From Macrostomum lignano (lineage: Eukaryota): a stretch of 64,000 bases of DNA. Position 1 is the stretch's first letter. Each line of letters opens with the position of its first letter. Position numbers and translations under genes: made by a program. Location of the stretch: assembly GCA_002269645.1 (NCBI GenBank), contig NIVC01000180.1:620001-684000 (forward strand), given 5' to 3'. Positions 31,140-42,344 of the stretch are shown in pieces. The notes under the pieces are model-generated. The model made no database searches. It was given only the letters and a program-made list of their open reading frames with translations, and was not told the origin of the DNA.

Positions 31140-33055
31140 TCTGCCCGCTGTCTTGCTGGGACATAGACAATAGAAATTATTGTTTTAGTTAGGGGGCGAG
31201 AAACCGCGTTTCACTGCCCGCTGAGACTGTCTATGGTAAAGTCCCATTTACTCACATGCATTCAGTCGATTTCAAGGCCCGCTGAAAATGTCTATGGCAA
31301 AATCAGAAGGTCCAGGGGGGAGTCAAGCGGGCGCTAAGCCCCCTTGCGGGGTGTGGGGCTCCGCCCCAACACTTGCACACCAGCTCTAGAGAAAGAAAGA
31401 AAGAATAAATATAAGAAATTGTCTATGGCCTAAACTAGCTCCTTATTTTGTGAATCGAAAAAATAGTAACTGATAATAAGCATTTTGCAGTGAATTAAAT
31501 TTTTGAAAAACTGCATCATAAATTTAAGCCACTGGCACAGTAGCAATAACTGACTATACCAGGCAGACCAACTGATTGTTTAGACTGATAAATTAGTTAT
31601 ACCTGTTTGACAAATTGACAAAATATATATATATATATATATATATTGTCGAGGCTACACAATCTAATGTTTATTAACTACTTATTGTTTTTTGTGTTTG
31701 TCTGACTACATTTTATGTTGTTATATAAATTTATTGGTGGTGTTCATTGGTGTGTTGGAATTGCTATAGTGAGTATACTTGCATATAACGGCGCTAAAGT
31801 TCTATGTTGTTAATGTATGATGTTTTCTATGGCACTAAGCTTTACTTTCGTAGCATACAAGTTGTAAAAACATTAACTAAATACTTATATAATGCATAGA
31901 AGTTTCTTTATTCATTGAAGTCGGCCATAGACAATTGCAGCGGGCGTTTCACCCCATTTCAACACGCTTAGGCTAACTATAACGAATGAAAATGGAACGA
32001 GCGTCTTTTTTGTAATGGAAAGATAATATGAAGCGAGAAGTTAAGTCAATGGCAAACGTCACGAGTTCGCGATATTGTACCATGACCTTTGTGTCTGCTG
32101 GGCACTTATTCTTGACTTTTAATGCCATAGACTACCTACATTTAAGCTCGTCTGCTGGACTTTAATGCTTTAAACTTACTTTAATGCAAATTAGCGGGCA
32201 GTTAATGACATATAACGCCCGATTATTCCGTCCCACTTTGTCAATGACACAAATTTCTATGGCACAATAGTACATTAATACCCATGCTTTAAGGGCGTTA
32301 ATGGGAAAATCAGAGGGAGCCGTACTATTAATGTACTATTAAACCGCATTGATTGAAGTGTCTATGGTCAAAACAGGACTTCAGTTAATGATCAGCCAAT
32401 AAGCAGAGGCGACATTTAACACACGTGAAGTGACATTTATATTAATGACAGTAACAATAACTACAGATTAGTAATAATGACAAACATGCAGGATAATATG
32501 CAGTTTTCGAATTTCAGCACAAAACCGCACAGAAAGAATGACAATGCCGGTTCTTTGCTGGTGAAATACGCTTTATGTACATCAGGACTGACTCGGGTCG
32601 ATTGTGACCAGTAACACACTGGATGTCGCCGATTGCAATACCTTTGTTTGATAGAGTCGGGACGACAGCAGACCCGGATGCAATTATTTGTGCACTTGCG
32701 TAATGGATTCGCCCTTGTAGAAATCCGAGGCATCATTATGTCGTTTCACTTCGCTTCGGCGGCCAGATCGGATTCAAGGCCATCCAAAAGGACATTGTGA
32801 AACGCAAGAATGTGTCCAATTCCAGGTACTGTCAGGCCAGTGTATTGATTGAACATTCGTCTACAGTCTTGCAGTTGGCACACAAAGGGGGCCGTTAATC
32901 TCTATTTTCCTCTGGATGTATTCGAGACTAAACTCCAAAGCAAAGCCGGTTGCAGTAAGAATTTCATTTCGCAAATTCTCGAAACGCTTCGCGTCGCAAT
33001 CATGGGATTTTTTGGAGGCTGGAATGTGGGAAACTCAGAGACGTCTATGGCATAA
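31140..33055. mobile_element. AT-rich putative non-autonomous or decayed DNA element with a repeated GTCTATGG / GCCCGCTG-N5-GTCTATGG motif
   Basis: Seven GTCTATGG copies on both strands, three of them with GCCCGCTG exactly 5 nt upstream. GC-rich hairpin-like segment at 31315-31375. No intact ORF and no defined termini. Confidence 0.4.
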
Positions 33056-33334
33056 ACCACGGCCCACCGCAACCCAGCCGGGAGCGCCTCTCTCATCTAC
33101 GCTACGATACGCTACGAAGCGATTTGGGCCTTCAAAAAGAGCAAAATTTCGCGCATATTGTGCAAAAACTTTTATTACGTGCTCTTGCACGTAATACACG
33201 TGTTGCGCCTTTCTGTTTGAGTAGTCCGCGACCTTTTTTACAAGCTTGAAGCTTAATGATTTTTACACTGAGGTTGGGAAAACCTCAGACAAAAGCGTTT
33301 TACATCCTCTTTCTATAGGTTCTTTCTACAGCAC

Positions 33335-33888
33335 GATAGAAAGGCAGCCCAGGCAAGTCACCGAGGCTGCCTTTCGTTCTATAAGGTCAGTCCTGCAGTC
33401 CGAGGCCCTACCGGACCGCCAGAAGGCGGCGCTGTTCCAGGCGGTGATCGAGACCGTCCTGTTATACAACGCCGAGACCTGGACGCTGATAGACTCGCTC
33501 GAGGCTCAAGTCGACGCGGCGCACGCTGGCCTGCTGCGCGCCGCCTTCAAGATCGGCAACGAGCGAGTCACCAACACGGCGCTCTATCATCGCGCCGGCC
33601 TGGCCCGTCCTAGCGATCTGCTGCGCCGTCGGCGACTCCAGCTGGCAGGCCACGTCATCCGCGCCGAGGCCTACTGTCCGGAGCCGGTGCAGGAGGTGCT
33701 GCTACTTACGTTGCAGGCACCCTACCGGCGGGGACAGGCGAGGACTCGGCGCTACGTCGACTGTCTGCTGGCTGACGCCGGCGCCCCGGACTCTGCCGGC
33801 GGTGCGGCCTTTGTTCGCGCCCAAGCTTCGAAGCGCGCCATCTGACGCTGCTTTTGCGAACTGGCAGCGTACTCTGTTGTTGTTGTTG
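33335..33888 (+). mobile_element. 5'-truncated RTE-like LINE 3' end with (TGT)n tail
   Basis: AAFRSIRSVLQSEAL…LFQAVIETVLLYNAETWTL…RRRLQLAGHVIR; stop at 33843-33845; TGTTGTTGTTGTTG tail; tentative 8-bp TSD TACAGCAC (33327-33334 / 33889-33896). Confidence 0.9.
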
Positions 33889-34124
33889 TACAGCACAAGA
33901 TAAGAAGCGCCCTACCTACTGTATCTGGAGCGATGAAGAACACTGCCGGTTGAGCAGAAACGGGAAGTTGGTCACAAGCCAAGATCCCATTGGCTCCCGA
34001 CTGACGCCCACTCGCAGCTGGCACATTTGCCCAGCCAGAGTGCCGCCCATCCGGAGCGCGCTCGCCCTTAAAATTCAAAAAGTTTTCGATTGCTTCGATG
34101 CTTTTCGATTTTCCCTGCAAGGCC

Positions 34125-35696
34125 ATGGCGAACTCCAGCGCTGCGGAAGTCCTCGCCAACGCCACGACCCCGGCCATCAGAGTGCAGGACGCGGCGCTCG
34201 GCTGCCTGCTGTCCGTCTTCGTCTGCGTCACCGTGTTCGGCAACTCGCTGGTCATTGTGGCCGTGCTACGGGAGCACTATCTCCGCTCCATCACCAACTA
34301 CTTCATCGTGTCGCTGGCCACCGCCGACCTGCTCATGGGCGCCGTCGTCATGCCGTTCGCCGTGGCGAGTCACGTCACCAACGATCGCTGGCCGTTTGGC
34401 GCCACCTGGTGCGACCTGTGGCACGCGTTCGACGTGCTGAGCTCGACAGCAAGCATCCTCAACCTGTGCATGATCGCCATCGAGAGGTACTGGGCCATCG
34501 AGAACCCCATGAGCTACCCATCCAAGGTGACAAAGCGCCGCTGCTTGGTGATGATCGGCGTGGTCTGGGTCTGCGCCAGCCTCATCAGCTTCCCCGCCAT
34601 CGCCTGGTGGCACGCCGCCGAGCCGTCAATGAAGGTGGCGGCCTCGCATCCGACGTCAGCGAGATGTAAATTTACGAGCGATCCAGCTTACTTAATCTGC
34701 TCCTCCATCGTCTCTTTCTACGCGCCTCTGCTCGTGATGCTGTTCGTGTACTGGAAGATCTACCGCACTGCGGTGCACCTCGTCAGAGGCTGGCAATCCG
34801 GCGCCAAGGTACTGCGCGGCAGAGGCCTGCAAACTTCCGTGGTGCTTCGAATCCATCGCGGCGGAACCAGCTGCGGCGCGGCCGGTGCGGGTGCCGTCGG
34901 CGTTGGTAGTCGACGGGAGGACGATCAAAGCTGCTTCTGCGACGGGGGTGGCGTGGCGATGGACGAAATCACGGCCGGTAGCGATGACGATGACGAGCAC
35001 AACGCCGGAGGCGGCGCCCGGGGCTTCGCCCGCCGACTCCGTAGCAGCTTTGGCGTGCGCAAGAAGTTGCTAAGGTTCTCTCGTGAGCAGCGCGCCGCCA
35101 AGACCCTAGGCATTGTGATGGGCGTCTTCATCGCCTGCTGGATGCCCTTCTTTGTCTGCAACGTGATCTCCGCCCTCAGCGACGGCGGCCTTGGCGCGAG
35201 CGAGGCGCAGATATTCGCGGTGGTCACGTGGCTCGGCTACGTGAACAGCTCGGTGAACCCGGCAATCTACGCGCACTCGATGCGCGACTTTCGCCGCGCA
35301 TTCATCAGCCTGCTTAGCTGCCGGCGGCGCCGCGGCGGCCGAGGCGGAGCCTGCGGCAGCAATAGCGGCGGTCAGATGAACGGCGGTCGAAGACGACAGC
35401 CGCCGCATTCGCCAATGCAGGCGCCGCCTTCGCCCGCCAACTTCGGTCGCTACGGCGAGTTCGGCTACGGGCCGAGCCGCTCCCCAGCGCTGTCGCTCGC
35501 GTCTCCGCCGCAGACGCCACTTCGCCGTCTGTGGCCGGCCACGCCGGAGCGGGTGCAGGAGACGCAGGCGCTGCTGATGCGCGAGCTGAGGACCGGCGCC
35601 AGCCCGCAGCGACAGCGACAGTCCACGGCAACCGTGGAGACCGGGCCGGCTGTGGCGGTGTCATCGGCGACGATCCCAGCCGAAGTCAGAGCGTGA
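34125..35696 (+). CDS. Dop1R2: Intronless invertebrate D1-like dopamine receptor (Dop1R2/INDR type), 523 aa from the Kozak ATG
   Basis: DLWHAFDVLSSTASILNLC (TM3 Asp), ERY, SFPAIAWW, TM5 serines CSSIVSFY, AAKTLGIVMGVF..CWMPFF, VTWLG.VNS.VNPAIY…DFRRAF. GCCATGG at 34125; an alternative in-frame ATG lies at 34098. Confidence 0.9.
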   Translation: MANSSAAEVLANATTPAIRVQDAALGCLLSVFVCVTVFGNSLVIVAVLREHYLRSITNYFIVSLATADLLMGAVVMPFAVASHVTNDRWPFGATWCDLWHAFDVLSSTASILNLCMIAIERYWAIENPMSYPSKVTKRRCLVMIGVVWVCASLISFPAIAWWHAAEPSMKVAASHPTSARCKFTSDPAYLICSSIVSFYAPLLVMLFVYWKIYRTAVHLVRGWQSGAKVLRGRGLQTSVVLRIHRGGTSCGAAGAGAVGVGSRREDDQSCFCDGGGVAMDEITAGSDDDDEHNAGGGARGFARRLRSSFGVRKKLLRFSREQRAAKTLGIVMGVFIACWMPFFVCNVISALSDGGLGASEAQIFAVVTWLGYVNSSVNPAIYAHSMRDFRRAFISLLSCRRRRGGRGGACGSNSGGQMNGGRRRQPPHSPMQAPPSPANFGRYGEFGYGPSRSPALSLASPPQTPLRRLWPATPERVQETQALLMRELRTGASPQRQRQSTATVETGPAVAVSSATIPAEVRA

Positions 35697-35796
35697 CGAG
35701 TCCTGCGGCGACGGCCAGCGGTGACACTCGGAAATGACGCTGCGCAGTTCCGCGCAACCGCACTGACCTGCGCATTATTGCTAATCGACCTATTCT

Positions 35797-35841
35797 GACA
35801 CACACTGACCCACACTGACCCACACTGACCCACACTGACCG
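35797..35841. repeat. 10-bp tandem repeat x4 downstream of the dopamine receptor
   Basis: CACACTGACC repeated. Confidence 0.85.
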
Positions 35842-36065
35842 GACTTGCTGCTTTCGCTGAATCCGTGTGCATTATTCAGTAGAAATTGTTTCGAAACATT
35901 CGTCAGTCACAAGTTGCAAGGAAGCTCACAAATTGTCGAGCGAATTTTCTAAGAAATTTCTAAGAAACTTGTACTTATAACCATTTGGACTGACTGAACC
36001 AGCCATCACGCGATCAATAAGTATTTGCAAAAGCTGAAGGGATCGCTTTAAATCTCATCAATCAT

Positions 36066-36440
<375 letters not shown>

Positions 36441-36977
36441 AAACGCAGTCGAGTGAGCACTAGTTCGGTAAACACTCAGCAAAGCCAGACCTGTTGCAGT
36501 TCCATCCTAGCGAAGTCCAGCCTGAGCAGCGGCCGCCAGACTCCGCAGTCATAAAACCGGCGCCGGCCGCTCCAGCCAACGAGCATCCGCCCGCGGTTGG
36601 GGAATCGTAAAAATTGAATTTCACGCCTCTTCCTGCCTCCCCAGCAACTGGCCGCAGGCGGCTCCGCGGGCGAGTCTGAGACGGTCGCCGCATGTCGGGG
36701 AGTCGAGGCGCGCTGCTGCTGCACGTTTGCTAATGAAATTTCCTGTAGGAGCCCCTGCTCAGATCCGTGTCTGGTCGGCGGGTGGCCCCGGGCGCCGCTC
36801 GATTGCAGACTGGAGCGATGAAGCGACTGTAATTAAATAATTAATAAATTTGAGTTCGAATCCAGCTCCCACCGGGAGGATAAAAATCTCCACCTGAAAT
36901 GGAGCAGAGTATAGAGCCCTGATGGTAGCTGTGGGATTTGAAGAACTCCAGCCAGGCGGCATAACAGCATTGGCAGG

Positions 36978-36993
36978 ACAGAGAGACAGACAC

Positions 36994-37040
<47 letters not shown>

Positions 37041-37059
37041 CACAGACAGACAGACAGAA

Positions 37060-37092
<33 letters not shown>

Positions 37093-37093
37093 C

Positions 37094-37164
<71 letters not shown>

Positions 37165-37169
37165 CACAC

Positions 37170-37220
<51 letters not shown>
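36978..37220. repeat. (GACA)n microsatellite, inverted relative to 36066-36434
   Basis: GACA run with CACA variants. Confidence 0.97.
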
Positions 37221-38339
37221 GGAAATGACACTATTGGTCTGCTAGGGCTCATAAAGCTTTGCTCTTTGCGTTCCCAAGAGTTTTGTCCGGCATTTGTTTC
37301 CAAACCGCTTCCAGTTGCACTTCATGCGCTGCACTGCATTGGTGTGCACGAAGCTGAAATAGGCGAATCGCTTTATCGATCAGTGGCATCTTTCGCAAGC
37401 AGCTGCTGTCTGCTAGTCAAAAAGCTATTAAAAGTATTCGGTAATGTCAATTCTAGCTTTGTGTCTGCCTCGGTAACTCAGCCGAATTTCCCAGGCAATA
37501 TGGGGCAGTCCTACAGGATGCTGTGCCAAAAACAAGGTGCGCATTTTGCTTATCATCTTTAAGCTAATTTTTGCTCCTAAAGATACACTAATAATCTCGG
37601 CCTAAAAGCAAAGGTTGAATTATCGCAAAGTAAACAGGAAGCTTGGCTTGCAATTGGTCATGTATTAGCCCAGCAGTGGAAACAAATGCACAGACGGATA
37701 AACCGCAGTTGTTATGCAAGTCGTCCAGTGTGTACTTTTATTGTCGCGTCCATTCCGTTAGCGTTTTGAGATGGGGCAGTGAAAAAATTTGCCAGCTAGG
37801 CGCAGCAGGGGATGCCAAGCGATGATCGCTGCTGGGCAACGCTGAGGGCTCGCAATTAGCGGCCGTATTTTGTGTGGCCGGAGAGCTTCCGTTCCGCGGC
37901 CTCGCGTGACAACAATTCTCCGAATGATGCAGCGAAAGAGGCGGGAAACAAAGCGAGAAAGTGTTCGGTTGGGAGGCGGCGAAGGGCGAATGGGGGGGGG
38001 CAGACAGTCCAGGAGGCTGCACGCCTCTGAGCCGAGATTCTCTCCTAGTGACTCATATTTGTAGTGCACACACGATGGTAACATGGACAGCTAAAGTGCA
38101 CTCTTACATCTAGAAGGAGGCTGCGCTTGCTTGATTTAAGCGAGCGCAGTTGAGCACTAAATTGGCAATAGCTGTCTTGTTCTGGACTCCGAATGGCAAC
38201 TGGAGCAAATTTGTGCTGTTCGCATTCCAACAGACAGTCGACGAAACGCCGAGTTCGAGCCCTGCAGCGTCAGCAGCAGCAGCCTGTGGGGGCCGTTTCT
38301 CGAACCAGTCGTAAGATTTATCTTAAGCCGATGGAATAT

Positions 38340-38652
38340 TTTATAGGTAAGAGGGCTGAGTGCACCCTGGGAGCACTTAAGCGACATTGTCACACAACCG
38401 GCGAGAGGCGTTACTTGCCCATTTTACCGACTCCCCTGGGCAGTCATACTCGCAGGCACACACTCACACAGGAGTGTACAGCGGTCCTAACTTTATTTAT
38501 CGTTGGGCATGTACACTTCAGTTTTGCCTTCGGGGTTGGCCCTCAAGGGCGTTAACTGCACGAGCAGAGCCAAGCCGATTTCCCAAATTACTGTGACTTG
38601 CACTTGAAATCGAGTCTGGGCCGCTGGCGCTAGACCGCCGGGTTCTGAGCCC
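38340..38652 (-). mobile_element. tRNA-derived SINE (family A), diverged copy
   Basis: Reverse complement aligns along its length with 53174-53531 (GGTCTAGCG…CTCGATT…GGCTTGGCTCTGCTCGTGCA…GAAGTGTACATGCC…CCGGTTGTGTG…ATGTCGCTTAA…GGGTGCAC). Confidence 0.88.
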
Positions 38653-39360
38653 CTCTGCGCCGTAGAAGTGTTTGAGAAACAACTTTCTGTGTCATTTTAC
38701 GAATTCTGTGCAATCTTGCGACGGATCATGCGCCTTTCCAACAAGCCATGAGTATGACCCCCCCCCCACTTGCGTCTCTGTCCAGGCCTAAGTGAGTTTC
38801 GAGAAACGGCGCCCCAGACTGTGAGCCCTGCAACCGATGCTGCAAAGCTTAAAAGTCGTACATTTACCTAATTTACAGGCAATACCATTGGTAAAACTCT
38901 CCATAGGCATAAAAGGCCGAAGCGAAAAGTATTGGAGCAACTTCTTCAATCTTTGCCAATGCTGGCACATGCCGGGAGCGGAGCTGCGCGAGTGAAAATC
39001 TTGATTTATTGGGTTTTTCTCCCCGAGCGCAGCGAGAGGCCGAGCATCGCCTCTCCAGCCTGGCCTAATCTTCCCATCTCATTTTTCCTCAAGCCGACTC
39101 TCTTTGCCCCGACCGCCATTCGCATTAATGAGTGTGGATATGAAAAATTTGCATGCACAACCTTGAGGTGGGCCGTGCCGGACGCTGCTCAAGCTGCTCA
39201 AGCTGCTCAGCCGCGCCAAGCATGACCCCGCACCGATCGGTGGCTGTCAACAGCAAGCTACCAAGTATTTTTATGTAAATAGACTTCGCGTCTTCAGACA
39301 GACGGGCGTTACTGAGTAAGCAATAACTAGAATTGCGAACAGCTGACCTGAGTGTGGAAA

Positions 39361-42181
39361 GCTGACCGGGATTGACAGCGATCAACAAGCAGTTTGCTAA
39401 CAGCATCAGCTGACCGGGATTGACAGCGATCAACAAGCAGTTTGCTAACAGCATCAGCTGACCCGGATTGACAGCGATCAACAAGCAGTTTGCTAACAGC
39501 ATCAGCTGACCGGGATTGACAGCGATCAACAAGCAGTTTGCTAACAGCATCAGCTGACCGGGATTGACAGTGATCAACAAGCAGTTTGCTAACAGCATCA
39601 GCTGACCGGGATTGACAGCGATCAACAAGCAGTTTGCTAACAGCATCAGCTGACCCGGATTGACAGCGATCAACAAGCAGTTTGCTAACAGCATCAGCTG
39701 ACCCGGATTGACAGCGATCAACAAGCAGTTTGCTAACAGCATCAGCTGACCCGGATTGACAGCGATCAACAAGCAGTTTGCTAACAGCATCAGCTGACCG
39801 GGATTGACAGTGATCAACAAGCAGTTTGCTAACAGCATCAGCTGACCGGGATTGACAGCGATCAACAAGCAGTTTGCTAACAGCATCAGCTGACCCGGAT
39901 TGACAGTGATCAACAAGCAGTTTGCTAACAGCATCAGCTGACCCGGATTGACAGCGATCAACAAGCAGTCTGCTAACAGCATCAGCTGACCGGGATTGAC
40001 AGTGATCAACAAGCAGTTTGCTAACAGCATCAGCTGACCGGGATTGACAGTGATCAACAAGCAGTTTGCTAACAGCATCAGCTGACCGGGATTGACAGTG
40101 ATCAACAAGCAGTTTGCTAACAGCATCAGCTGACCGGGATTGACAGTGATCAACAAGCAGTTTGCTAACAGCATCAGCTGACCGGGATTGACAGCGATCA
40201 ACAAGCAGTTTGCTAACAGCATCAGCTGACCCGGATTGACAGCGATCAACAAGCAGTTTGCTAACAGCATCAGCTGATCCGGATTGACAGCGATCAACAA
40301 GCAGTTTGCTAACAGCATCAGCTGACCGGGATTGACAGCGATCAACAAGCAGTTTGCTAACAGCATCAGCTGACCGGGATTGACAGCGATCAACAAGCAG
40401 TTTGCTAACAGCATCAGCTGACCGGGATTGACAGTGATCAACAAGCAGTTTGCTAACAGCATCAGCTGACCGGGATTGACAGTGATCAACAAGCAGTTTG
40501 CTAACAGCATCAGCTGACCCGGATTGACAGCGATCAACAAGCAGTTTGCTAACAGCATCAGCTGACCGGGATTGACAGTGATCAACAAGCAGTTTGCTAA
40601 CAGCATCAGCTGACCGGGATTGACAGTGATCAACAAGCAGTTTGCTAACAGCATCAGCTGACCGGGATTGACAGCGATCAACAAGCAGTTTGCTAACAGC
40701 ATCAGCTGACCGGGATTGACAGTGATCAACAAGCAGTTTGCTAACAGCATCAGCTGACCCGGATTGACAGCGATCAACAAGCAGTCTGCTAACAGCATCA
40801 GCTGACCGGGATTGACAGTGATCAACAAGCAGTTTGCTAATAGCATCAGCTGACCGGGATTGACAGCGATCAACAAGCAGTTTGCTAACAGCATCAGCTG
40901 ACCGGGATTGACAGTGATCAACAAGCAGTTTGCTAACAGCATCAGCTGACCGGGATTGACAGTGATCAACAAGCAGTTTGCTAACAGCATCAGCTGACCG
41001 GGATTGACAGCGATCAACAAGCAGTTTGCTAACAGCATCAGCTGACCCGGATTGACAGCGATCAACAAGCAGTTTGCTAACAGCATCAGCTGATCCGGAT
41101 TGACAGCGATCAACAAGCAGTTTGCTAACAGCATCAGCTGACCGGGATTGACAGCGATCAACAAGCAGTTTGCTAACAGCATCAGCTGACCGGGATTGAC
41201 AGCGATCAACAAGCAGTTTGCTAACAGCATCAGCTGACCGGGATTGACAGTGATCAACAAGCAGTTTGCTAACAGCATCAGCTGACCGGGATTGACAGTG
41301 ATCAACAAGCAGTTTGCTAACAGCATCAGCTGACCGGGATTGACAGCGATCAACAAGCAGTTTGCTAACAGCATCAGCTGACCGGGATTGACAGTGATCA
41401 ACAAGCAGTTTGCTAACAGCATCAGCTGACCGGGATTGACAGTGATCAACAAGCAGTTTGCTAACAGCATCAGCTGACCGGGATTGACAGCGATCAACAA
41501 GCAGTTTGCTAACAGCATCAGCTGACCGGGATTGACAGCGATCAACAAGCAGTTTGCTAACAGCATCAGCTGACCGGGATTGACAGTGATCAACAAGCAG
41601 TTTGCTAACAGCATCAGCTGACCGGGATTGACAGTGATCAACAAGCAGTTTGCTAACAGCATCAGCTGACCGGGATTGACAGTGATCAACAAGCAGTTTG
41701 CTAACAGCATCAGCTGACCGGGATTGACAGTGATCAACAAGCAGTTTGCTAACAGCATCAGCTGACCGGGATTGACAGTGATCAACAAGCAGTTTGCTAA
41801 CAGCATCAGCTGACCGGGATTGACAGTGATCAACAAGCAGTTTGCTAACAGCATCAGCTGACCGGGATTGACAGTGATCAACAAGCAGTCTGCTAACAGC
41901 ATCAGCTGACCGGGATTGACAGTGATCAACAAGCAGTTTGCTAACAGCATCAGCTGACCGGGATTGGCAGCGATCAACAAGCATCAGCTGACCGGGATTG
42001 ACAGTGATCAACAAGCAGTTTGCTAACAGCATCAGCTGACCGGGATTGACAGTGATCAACAAGCAGTTTGCTAACAGCATCAGCTGACCGGGATTGACAG
42101 TGATCAACAAGCAGTTTGCTAACAGCATCAGCTGACCGGGATTGACAGCGATCAACAAGCAGTTTGCTAACAGCATCAGCA
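39361..42181. repeat. 48-bp satellite, ~59 copies, with a 17-unit (816 bp) higher-order duplication
   Basis: Unit GCTGACC(G/C)GGATTGACAG(C/T)GATCAACAAGCAGTTTGCTAACAGCATCA. One unit near 41980 has a 14-nt deletion. Diagnostic variants recur at +816. Confidence 0.98.
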
Positions 42182-42344
42182 GGCCTGTTGGATCCATGTT
42201 GAACTTGCTAGTGCTTTACATCCCAATGGGTGCCTGACAGGTTCATTGGCAGTAGGAACTCGTCAAAGCTTAAGTAACTCGCAATAAGGCAAATTTTGGT
42301 TTAAAGTAAAAACAAAACAACGAAATACAACAGACACAGCAAGC

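Noticed and set aside
39125-42197. 951/956-aa ORFs as real proteins, or the array as CRISPR
   Set aside because: Head-to-tail 48-bp units with no spacers, no cas genes and a eukaryotic context; the ORFs follow from unit length 3n. Only the collapsed-ORF hypothesis is kept as a finding.
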